From: Candidatus Acidiferrales bacterium
Lineage (GTDB): Bacteria > Acidobacteriota > Terriglobia > Acidiferrales > UBA7541
NCBI GenBank assembly: GCA_963826335.1
Contig: CAWGXB010000043.1
Span: forward strand, 6,559-70,558
Direction of reading: 5' to 3'
Length of the DNA stretch: 64,000 bases
The translations under genes and the position numbers were made by a program. How positions within the stretch are numbered: position 1 is the stretch's first letter; every line of letters starts with the position of its first letter. Positions 18,236 to 26,336 of this stretch are shown here, one piece after another. The notes below the pieces were generated by a model that searched no databases, was not told the origin of the DNA, and saw only the letters and a list, made by a program, of their open reading frames with translations.

Positions 18236-20677
18236 ATGGCGACCGTATTGCGAGACTTGCGATCCGCGGTTCGTTTCCTGCGCCAGAGCCCGGCCTTCAC
18301 GTTCGTCGCCGTGCTGACGCTGGCGCTGGGGATCGGCGCAAGCACCGCAACCTTCAGCGTAATCTACGGCGTTTTAATCCGCCCGCTGGCCGTTCCTGAA
18401 GCTCACCAAGTGGTTGAGGTGGTTCGGAAATATCAAGGCGAACTGAGCGGCGATTCGTTCACCTATCCGCAATTCCGTTACGTGCAAGAGCACAGCGAAT
18501 GGCCCGCTGCTATCGCGGCCTTCACGCACGTTGGCCTGAATCTTTCCTCCGATAGCGGAACGCAACGCGTCAGCGCGCTTCACGTTTCGTCGGACTATTT
18601 TTCGGCGCTGGGTGTCCATCCGTTGTTGGGGCGCGATTTCAGCGCGGAAGAGGATCGCGACCCGTCCGCCCGCGTAGTTATACTCAGCCACACGCTATGG
18701 GCGCAGCAGTTCGGCAGCGACCCCTCGGTATTGGGCAAGACCATTCATCTTAACGACGGCGCTTACCGGGTGATCGGCGTTATGCCACCGCCAGCGGCCG
18801 ACGTGCAGTTAGACCTGGTTCCTCCGGCTTTCGGTGATTTGCAGCGGATCGATCTGTGGGCCACGCTCGCCCCGGTGGCCGATTCTGTTGGCTCTGGCGA
18901 GAATCTGGAGGTCGTTGCGCGGGTGAAGCCGGGCTTTACGATGCAACAAGTGGCGGCGCAGCTTGATGCGCTTACCCCTTCGTTTCAAACGGACCGGTTC
19001 GACGGCGAAGGTCGCAAGCAGGTCCTCGGGCTCAGCTCGATACAAAATGTGCTCGCTGCGGATGTCAGCACTTATTTGTGGATTTTGTTGGGCGCTGTAT
19101 CCTTCGTTCTTCTCATCGCCTGCGCCAATATTTCCAATCTATTGCTTGCGCGAGCCTCCGGCCGCACCAAAGAGGTGGCTTTGCGTTCCGCGCTCGGGGC
19201 CGACCGCGGTACTCTCGTCCGCCAATTCCTGTCCGAAAGTTTGCTGCTCGCGGCTGTTGGAGGTGTCGCGGGACTGTTCGTCGCACAAATTGTCGCGGCG
19301 GGTTTGGTGCGGTTCGCTCCCCTTCAATTGCCACGCGCCACGGAGATTCGCGTCGATGGATGGGCGTTTCTGTTCGCGCTGGGCATCACCATCATTTCAG
19401 GGGCGCTGGCCGGCATAGTTCCCGCATTGCAAGCGTCAAAAACCGACGTCAGCACCATGCTGAAGGAAAACGCCGCGCAAAGTTCGGGGAGCCGTCGTGG
19501 CGGGCGATTCCGCGCAGCGCTGGTCATTTCGGAATTCGCTCTTTCGCTTATGTTGCTGATCGGAGCGGCTCTGCTTGGTCAATCGTTTCTGAATCTTCTG
19601 CAGGTGAATCCAGGGTTCCAGACGAACCACTTGCTGTCGGCGGAAATCTGGCTAACGGGAACGCGGATTCATTCCACCGCTGAGCTCACCTCCTACTACA
19701 ACGAACTGACATCACGCCTGAAACAGCTGCCTGGTGTGCAAGACGCGGCAATGGTCTCCTCCGGCCAGCCTTTGGAACGGGGTGGAAATGCCAGCGCGTC
19801 CGTGAATGGCGCGTCGGAATCGACAGATTTTCGCGTGGTCACGCCGGAATACTTTCGAACCCTGGGCGTGGCGGTGCGGGATGGGCGCGACTTTGCGGCT
19901 TTCGACGGCGAAAGCTCGGAGCCCGTTGCGATTGTGAACGAAGCCTTCGTGCGGAAGCTGCTTAAGGGTAGAGATCCCTTCACCTCGACCGTAAGGTTGG
20001 AGGGTGGCGATGCGGCACGCCGCGTGGTGGGCGTTGTTGCCAACGTTAAACCGTTTGTCGGCGACTCCGTGCCGCCGACGATCTTCCTGCCCAGTGCACA
20101 GACGAAGTTCAGTCTGATCCTTGGCTACGACGTGTGGTTTGCAACGCATGTTCTGGTGCGCACGACCGGGGACCCGCTTGCTCTGGCCGCGACCGTCGAC
20201 AGAACGATTCGCGCAACCGATTCCAGTGTTCCCGTGGGGCATCTGCTTTCCATGGAGCAAATCCTTTCGCGTTCGCTGGCGACGCAGCGCTTCATGATGA
20301 CGGTTGTAGGAGTTTTTGCCGTGCTCGCGTTGGCGCTTGCTTCCGTCGGCATTTATGGCCTGATTGCGTTTTCCGTTTCGCAACGGACGCACGAGATGGG
20401 AATCCGCATGGCTCTGGGCGCGAATGCCACCTCTGTGTTCGGCATGGTTCTGCGCGAAGGAACGCGTCTGGCCGCTGTGGGCACGGCGATCGGGATCGTG
20501 GGGGCCTTCGTCCTTGGCCGAGCCATCGCTGGGGCGCTGTTTGGCGTGCAACCTGGCGATTGGCGGGTCATGGCGGTCGCGTCGATTTTTCTGCTGGTTG
20601 TCGCGTTTCTGGCTTGTTACTTTCCGGCGCGGCGCGCGACGAAGGTTGATCCGATGGTCGCGCTGAGGTACGAATAG
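18236..20677 (+). CDS. ADOP-family duplicated MacB/FtsX-type ABC permease, copy 7
   Basis: ATG 18236 follows GGAAGGGG. N-terminus MATVLRDLRSAVRFLRQSPAFTFV and C-terminus RRATKVDPMVALRYE. Confidence 0.9.
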   Translation: MATVLRDLRSAVRFLRQSPAFTFVAVLTLALGIGASTATFSVIYGVLIRPLAVPEAHQVVEVVRKYQGELSGDSFTYPQFRYVQEHSEWPAAIAAFTHVGLNLSSDSGTQRVSALHVSSDYFSALGVHPLLGRDFSAEEDRDPSARVVILSHTLWAQQFGSDPSVLGKTIHLNDGAYRVIGVMPPPAADVQLDLVPPAFGDLQRIDLWATLAPVADSVGSGENLEVVARVKPGFTMQQVAAQLDALTPSFQTDRFDGEGRKQVLGLSSIQNVLAADVSTYLWILLGAVSFVLLIACANISNLLLARASGRTKEVALRSALGADRGTLVRQFLSESLLLAAVGGVAGLFVAQIVAAGLVRFAPLQLPRATEIRVDGWAFLFALGITIISGALAGIVPALQASKTDVSTMLKENAAQSSGSRRGGRFRAALVISEFALSLMLLIGAALLGQSFLNLLQVNPGFQTNHLLSAEIWLTGTRIHSTAELTSYYNELTSRLKQLPGVQDAAMVSSGQPLERGGNASASVNGASESTDFRVVTPEYFRTLGVAVRDGRDFAAFDGESSEPVAIVNEAFVRKLLKGRDPFTSTVRLEGGDAARRVVGVVANVKPFVGDSVPPTIFLPSAQTKFSLILGYDVWFATHVLVRTTGDPLALAATVDRTIRATDSSVPVGHLLSMEQILSRSLATQRFMMTVVGVFAVLALALASVGIYGLIAFSVSQRTHEMGIRMALGANATSVFGMVLREGTRLAAVGTAIGIVGAFVLGRAIAGALFGVQPGDWRVMAVASIFLLVVAFLACYFPARRATKVDPMVALRYE

Positions 20678-20794
20678 GTTTGGTATCCCAGCGCGCATTC
20701 CGTCGACGGCACATTGGTCAAGCGGCGAAGCTCACTGCAAACCTGGCCTGCTCCCGTGGAAAGCACGGTAAACTGTCCACCACATCCGATCTCT

Positions 20795-22171
20795 ATGAAA
20801 ATTGACACCGCACATCGCCATCGCATTCTTTTAGCCGACGACCAACAAGACATTCGCGAGTCCTTGCGTTTGCTGTTGAAGAACGAAGGATACGAAACCT
20901 ACGCCGCCTCGTCTCCCGCGGAAGCGCTGGTAGCCATCGAAGCCCGCGAATTCGATGCCGTCTTGATGGACCTGAACTACACGCGCGACACCACTTCGGG
21001 CAGGGAAGGGTTGGATCTGCTCACCGCCATTCAGAAGGTGGACAGCACGCTACCGGTAATTGTGATGACTGCGTGGAGCAGCCTGGAACTGGCCGTAGAA
21101 GCCATGCGTCTGGGCGCTCGAGATTTTCTGCAGAAGCCCTGGGAAAACGCGCGCCTGCTGAGCATTTTGCGGACGCAGATCGATCTGCGGCAGGCTTTGC
21201 GGCGCGCTACGCGCCTGGAGGCGGAGAATCGCCTGCTGAGCGTGGAATCTCGCCCCACGCTGATCGCGGAATCGGAATCCATGCAGCCGGTTCTGAATCT
21301 GATTGCGCGTATCGGGCCGTCTGATGCCAACGTTCTGATCACCGGAGAGCACGGCACGGGTAAAGAAGTTGTTGCGCGGACACTGCACGCATTGTCGGAA
21401 CGCGCCAGCCGTCCTATGGTCACCGTGAATGCTGGTGGTTTGTCGGAAGGCGTGTTTGAAAGCGAGCTGTTCGGCCACATGAAAGGCGCGTTCACGGATG
21501 CGCGCACGGATCGTATTGGGCGTTTCGAATTCGCCGACGGCGGCACGCTATTTCTGGATGAAATCGCAAACGTGCCTCTGAATCTTCAGTCCAAGTTGCT
21601 GCGCGTGCTGGAAACGGGTGAATTCGAGCGTGTAGGTTCGTCGCACACGCGCCGCGTCAACGTCCGCGTGCTTGCCGCCACCAATGTGGATGTGGGAGCA
21701 GAGGTTGCCGCCGGCCGATTTCGCGAAGATTTGCTGTTTCGGCTGAACACCATCGAGATCCGTCTGCCGAACTTGCGCGACCGCCAGCGCGATATCGAGT
21801 TGCTGGCTCATCACTTCTTGCGCGTGTATACCGAACGCTACCGAAAGAAGATCTCCGGCTTCGATCCCGCCGCGATGCAGTCCCTCCGCGAACACCCCTG
21901 GCCGGGAAACGTGCGCGAGCTGGATCACGCCATCGAACGCGCCGTGCTGCTTTCGGCCGGCCCGCTGATTCGCAGCATCGATCTGGGTTTGCGTGCCACG
22001 CATCCCAGCGGCACCCCTCGGCTGGAGGAGATGAACCTCGAAGAAGTTGAAAAACATCTGATCCAGCGTATGCTGGCCAGGCACGGCGGGAACGTCAGCC
22101 AGGCTGCCAACGCGCTAGGCCTCAGCAGGAGTGCGCTCTACCGCCGACTCGAAAAATTCGGTTTGGAATGA
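20795..22171 (+). CDS. Sigma-54-dependent response regulator (NtrC family: receiver + AAA+ + Fis-type HTH)
   Basis: Receiver domain (ILLADDQQDIRE ... VLMDLNY). AAA+ Walker A GEHGTGKE, ESELFGH, and a GAFTGA-type loop KGAFTDA. C-terminal HTH NVSQAANALGLSRSALYRRLEKFGL. ATG 20795 is preferred over the track's upstream TTG. Confidence 0.9.
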   Translation: MKIDTAHRHRILLADDQQDIRESLRLLLKNEGYETYAASSPAEALVAIEAREFDAVLMDLNYTRDTTSGREGLDLLTAIQKVDSTLPVIVMTAWSSLELAVEAMRLGARDFLQKPWENARLLSILRTQIDLRQALRRATRLEAENRLLSVESRPTLIAESESMQPVLNLIARIGPSDANVLITGEHGTGKEVVARTLHALSERASRPMVTVNAGGLSEGVFESELFGHMKGAFTDARTDRIGRFEFADGGTLFLDEIANVPLNLQSKLLRVLETGEFERVGSSHTRRVNVRVLAATNVDVGAEVAAGRFREDLLFRLNTIEIRLPNLRDRQRDIELLAHHFLRVYTERYRKKISGFDPAAMQSLREHPWPGNVRELDHAIERAVLLSAGPLIRSIDLGLRATHPSGTPRLEEMNLEEVEKHLIQRMLARHGGNVSQAANALGLSRSALYRRLEKFGLE

Positions 22172-23508
22172 AACCGCTTACATACGAACGGCGAATTCAG
22201 CTTCTAGCAATCGCAACCGGACTTCCAGGCACATTGGTAGCCTTGGGCCTGCTGTGGTTCGGTCCGTACAGCTCGCAAACCGCGTGGACAGTGACCCTCT
22301 TGCTCTTCGGATTGTGGCTGGGCTTTGCCATTTCCCTGCAGCACCGCGTCATCTTCTCCCTACAAACGCTGGCCAATTTGCTTGCCGCTATGCGCGAAGA
22401 AGATTTCTCGTTGCGCGGGCGCGGCGCGCGCATGGACGATGCCATGGGCGAAGTGATGATCGAAGTCAACACCCTGAGCGAGACGTTGCGCGAGCAGCGG
22501 CTTGGCGCCCTGGAAGCCACCGCTCTGCTGCGAACCGCGATGGAAGAAATCGATGTAGCGGTGTTCACGTTCAACAACCAGAACGAATTGAAACTCGTCA
22601 ACCGCGCCGGCGAACGCCTGCTGTCGCGTCCCGCGGAGCGCACCCTTGGCCTTTCTGCTTCCGACCTGGGCCTGGCCGTATGCCTGGAAGGCGAGCCGGC
22701 GCGAACCATGGAATTGAGCTTCCCCGGTGGCGCAGGACGATGGGGTATGCGCCGCGGATCATTCCACCAAGGTGGCTCGCCTCACCACCTGGTTGTTTTG
22801 ACGGACCTGAGCCGCGCTCTTCGCGAAGAGGAGCGCCAGGCCTGGCAGCGTCTGATTCGCGTGCTCGGCCACGAACTGAACAACTCCTTGGCTCCGATCC
22901 AGTCCGTTGCGCAGAGCCTGGAAACTGGTCTGCAACGCGCCGAGAGTGCGCGCGACCAGAGCACGGAACAGGACGGCTCGATATTCGATGATCTGCGCCA
23001 GGGGCTGGCCATCATCCGCTCGCGCACCGAGGCCCTCGGACGATTCATGTCGGCATATACGCAGCTGGCCCGCTTGCCGCAGCCGTCGCTGGCCTCCGTT
23101 GAGTTCGGCGAGTTGGTGCGTCGCGTGGCTGCGTTGGAACGCCGAGTTGCTTTGGAACTTGGCGGCGGACCCGCTGCGACCATTCAGGCCGACCGCGATC
23201 AGCTGGAACAGCTGCTGATCAACTTGATCCGCAACGCGGCGGATGCTGCTTCAGAAACCAAAGGCAGAGTGCGCATTGAGTGGTATCGCACCACTTCGAA
23301 TCTGGAACTGCAAATCCTCGATGAGGGTCCCGGACTTTCGAACACTACCAACCTTTTCGTTCCGTTTTTTACCACCAAGCCCGGTGGCTCGGGAATCGGC
23401 CTCGTCCTCAGCAGGCAGATTGCCGAGGCGCATGGCGGTTCCTTGACGCTGGAAAACAGAACGGACCGCCGGGGTTGCAAGGCTCGACTTCTTCTTCCCA
23501 TCCCGTGA
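22168..23508 (+). CDS. Sensor histidine kinase (two N-terminal TM helices, HisKA + HATPase_c)
   Basis: ATGA overlap with the regulator stop. H-box LGHELNNSLAPI, N-box LINLIRNAADA, and G-boxes DEGPG and GGSGIGL. Confidence 0.88.
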   Translation: MKPLTYERRIQLLAIATGLPGTLVALGLLWFGPYSSQTAWTVTLLLFGLWLGFAISLQHRVIFSLQTLANLLAAMREEDFSLRGRGARMDDAMGEVMIEVNTLSETLREQRLGALEATALLRTAMEEIDVAVFTFNNQNELKLVNRAGERLLSRPAERTLGLSASDLGLAVCLEGEPARTMELSFPGGAGRWGMRRGSFHQGGSPHHLVVLTDLSRALREEERQAWQRLIRVLGHELNNSLAPIQSVAQSLETGLQRAESARDQSTEQDGSIFDDLRQGLAIIRSRTEALGRFMSAYTQLARLPQPSLASVEFGELVRRVAALERRVALELGGGPAATIQADRDQLEQLLINLIRNAADAASETKGRVRIEWYRTTSNLELQILDEGPGLSNTTNLFVPFFTTKPGGSGIGLVLSRQIAEAHGGSLTLENRTDRRGCKARLLLPIP

Positions 23509-23548
23509 GCGCATATGCCTGCTCGCCGAAAGCAGGATGAATTATCCG

Positions 23549-23563
23549 TGGAACACCTGCTGC
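23549..23563 (+). promoter_or_regulatory. Candidate sigma-54 (-24/-12) promoter TGGAAC-N5-CTGC
   Basis: GG at 23550-23551 and GC at 23562-23563 have the canonical spacing, with a T before each. The site is intergenic, about 75 nt upstream of the GH39 ATG and immediately downstream of the sigma-54 activator/kinase pair. Confidence 0.3.
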
Positions 23564-23636
23564 CTCTGCTAGACTGGCTGGCGTAGTGACAATAGAACAA
23601 AAAATCAATCGTTCGTTTCCAGCGGAGAGCCGCACC

Positions 23637-25163
23637 ATGTCTCGTTCTCGTTCAATGGTTTTCTTTGTAATTGTTGTTTCTTTATTCGCGTTTGGAATGC
23701 TCAGCACTGCTGTAAGGGCGCAGGCGCCTCGTTCCCCTGACACAATCGAAATCGATGCTGGCGCTCCTGCTCATCCGTTTCCGCATTTCTGGGAACAAAT
23801 GTTCGGTTCCGGCCGAGCAATCTTGAGTCTGCGGGAAAGTTATCGCACCGATCTGCGCGAAACGAAACGCATCACGGATTTCCAGTATGTGCGCTTCCAC
23901 GCCATCTTCCATGATGAAGTGGGTGTTTACGATGAGGACGCTAACGGTCATGCCATCTACAATTTTTCGTATGTCGACCAGATTTACGATGGACTGCTTG
24001 CGAATGGCGTGAAGCCGTTCGTCGAGTTGAGTTTCATGCCCAAGAAACTCACCTCGGATCCCAACGCGCTTCACGCCTTCTGGTACAAACAGAACGTGGC
24101 GCCGCCGAAGGATTACGCCAAATGGGATGCGCTGATCGAGCAATTTGCGCGGCATCTGGTGGACCGATACGGCGAAGACGAGGTTGCCAAATGGTATTTC
24201 GAAGTGTGGAACGAACCCAACATCGACTTCTGGGCAGGAGATCCCAAGGAAGCCGCCTACTTTCAGTTGTATGACCACACCGTGCGCGCGTTGAAAGAAG
24301 TAAGCGCCAAGTTGCGCGTTGGTGGGCCGTCCACTGCGCAAGCGGCTTGGGTGGATCGCATGATCGCTCACGCTGCAACGGAAAACGTTCCGCTCGATTT
24401 CGTTTCCACGCACGTTTACGGCAACGATTCTTCCAAAGATGTATTCGGCACCAACGAAAGTATTCCCCGCGAGCGCATGGTTTGTCGCGCAGTGAAGAAA
24501 GTCCACGACCAGATCCAATCCTCCGCCAAGCCCGGGATTCCGCTGATCTGGAGCGAATTCAACGCCAGCTATGCCAACGAGCCTGCCGTGACGGACACCG
24601 CCTACATGGGGCCGTGGATGGCGGACACGATTCGCCAGTGCGACGGCCTGGTGAACATCATGAGCTACTGGACATTTTCTGATGTGTTCGAGGAGCAGGG
24701 CGTGGCGAAACAGCCCTTTTACGGCGGATTCGGACTTTTTGCGGCCGGTAACATCCCGAAGCCTGCGTTCAACGCTTTCGCGCTACTCCACCGTTTGGGC
24801 GATGCGCGGCTGGAAGCTAAGGATGATTCCGTGCTGGTGACGCGCAAGGCGAACGGTTCATTGATCGTGGCGCTCTGGAATATTTTCCCTCCGGACGAGA
24901 GTGGGTCGGCGAAGAATTTCGTGCTGCATTTCAGCAACTTAAAAGGAAAACACGTCGCAACCATCACGGTTATCGACCGCGACCACGGGTCGCCGTTGCC
25001 CGCCTATGAAAAGATGGGCCGGCCGCAATCCCCCACACGGGCGCAGCGGCAGGAGCTTCGCCAAGCCGCCGCGCTTCCAGGCTCTTCGAGCCGCGCAATC
25101 AAAGACGGCGCCTTGTCCCTAACGCTGCAACCACAAGGCCTGGCACTCATCGAGCTGCAATAA
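23637..25163 (+). CDS. Secreted glycoside hydrolase family 39 (beta-xylosidase/alpha-L-iduronidase-like)
   Basis: Signal peptide MSRSRSMVFFVIVVSLFAFGMLSTAVRAQA. Acid/base motif WYFEVWNEPN and nucleophile region IPLIWSEFN. Confidence 0.8.
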   Translation: MSRSRSMVFFVIVVSLFAFGMLSTAVRAQAPRSPDTIEIDAGAPAHPFPHFWEQMFGSGRAILSLRESYRTDLRETKRITDFQYVRFHAIFHDEVGVYDEDANGHAIYNFSYVDQIYDGLLANGVKPFVELSFMPKKLTSDPNALHAFWYKQNVAPPKDYAKWDALIEQFARHLVDRYGEDEVAKWYFEVWNEPNIDFWAGDPKEAAYFQLYDHTVRALKEVSAKLRVGGPSTAQAAWVDRMIAHAATENVPLDFVSTHVYGNDSSKDVFGTNESIPRERMVCRAVKKVHDQIQSSAKPGIPLIWSEFNASYANEPAVTDTAYMGPWMADTIRQCDGLVNIMSYWTFSDVFEEQGVAKQPFYGGFGLFAAGNIPKPAFNAFALLHRLGDARLEAKDDSVLVTRKANGSLIVALWNIFPPDESGSAKNFVLHFSNLKGKHVATITVIDRDHGSPLPAYEKMGRPQSPTRAQRQELRQAAALPGSSSRAIKDGALSLTLQPQGLALIELQ

Positions 25164-25299
25164 TGAAGTAACTACCGTAGTTGCCGGCTTGGGTCGCCGG
25201 GATAGAATAATACCGGCCACAGACTGCCTGACCCTGAGTCCGCGCTATCTTGGTCACTGTGTGGTACAGCAGCTTTATAGATAAACGAGGGTAAGCGCT

Positions 25300-26331
25300 A
25301 TGCATCGCAACACGTCGGATTTGATCACAGTGACAGGAGCGGGTGGATTCATTGGCGGGGCGATGGTATCGCATCTTCGCCGAGCGGGTCACAAGCGCAT
25401 TCGCGCGATCGACATCAAACCACTGGACGACTGGTACCAGCGGTTTGACGACGTCGAGAACCACTCCCTCGATCTGAACCTTCTACACAACTGTGAACTA
25501 GCCACCGATGGAGCTGCAGCCATCTACAATTTCGCGGCGAACATGGGTGGCATGGGCTTCATCGAGCACAACAAGGCCCTGTGTATGCTTTCCGTCCTGA
25601 TCAATACGCACATGCTGCAGGCCGCACAGAAATTCGGCGTGCAGCGATATTTTTATTCTTCTTCCGCGTGCGTCTACAATGCCGATAAACAGAAAACGTT
25701 TGAAGCCCCCTCGTTGAAAGAGGAAGATGCCTATCCCGCACTGGCCGAAGACGGTTATGGCTGGGAAAAACTTTTTTCCGAGCGCATGTGCCGCCATTTC
25801 CGCCAAGATTATGGGCTAACCACACGGGTGGCGCGGTTCCACAATGTTTATGGCCCCTGGGGCACCTGGTACGGCGGCCGCGAGAAAGCCCCCGCGGCGA
25901 TCTGCCGAAAAGTGATTGAAGCTAAACTGTCCGGTAAGCACGATATCGAGATCTGGGGAAGCGGCACGCAGACCCGCAGCTTCATGTACATCGACGATTG
26001 CATCAAGGGCGTAAACCTAATCATGGACTCGGAAATTGTGGAACCCATCAATCTGGGCTCAAGCGAAGCCGTGACCATCAATCAATTGGTGGACATGGCG
26101 GAGGAGATTGCTGGAATCAAGCTAAAGCGGACCTACGACCTCAGCGCGCCGAAGGGCGTGAATGGCCGTAACAGCGATAACACTTTGATCCAGAAATACC
26201 TGCATTGGGAGCCAAGCACGCCGCTACGCGTGGGGCTGGAGCAGACCTACAAGTGGATTTACGACCAGTATTTGGCACGCGAACGCGGAGATGCGGGAGT
26301 GGTTCGCGAATCCGCGGCCTCTTCCGGATAG
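25300..26331 (+). CDS. gme: GDP-mannose 3,5-epimerase (extended SDR)
   Basis: GAGGFIGG Rossmann motif. The sequence is near-collinear with the plant GME sequence as I remember it: AANMGGMGFI, FYSSSACVY, GWEKL, RFHNVYGPWGTWYGGREKAPAAICRK, TRSF.YIDDC, GVNGRNSDN. Confidence 0.8.
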   Translation: MHRNTSDLITVTGAGGFIGGAMVSHLRRAGHKRIRAIDIKPLDDWYQRFDDVENHSLDLNLLHNCELATDGAAAIYNFAANMGGMGFIEHNKALCMLSVLINTHMLQAAQKFGVQRYFYSSSACVYNADKQKTFEAPSLKEEDAYPALAEDGYGWEKLFSERMCRHFRQDYGLTTRVARFHNVYGPWGTWYGGREKAPAAICRKVIEAKLSGKHDIEIWGSGTQTRSFMYIDDCIKGVNLIMDSEIVEPINLGSSEAVTINQLVDMAEEIAGIKLKRTYDLSAPKGVNGRNSDNTLIQKYLHWEPSTPLRVGLEQTYKWIYDQYLARERGDAGVVRESAASSG

Positions 26332-26336
26332 TTTGA

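Noticed and set aside
8997-20698. Long minus-strand ORFs across the ADOP genes (e.g. 8997-9653, 9740-10339, 13734-14735, 14895-15599, 15722-16525, 19712-20698)
   Set aside because: All are antisense to permease or ATPase genes with clear family motifs. The products are Arg/Gly/Ala/His-rich and lack starts with an RBS or any conserved motif. I treat them as frame shadows.
22131-22991. 286-aa alternative-frame ORF overlapping the histidine kinase gene
   Set aside because: It lies on the same strand but out of frame with a kinase that has intact H, N and G boxes. The product is Arg/Pro/Ala-rich with no motifs.
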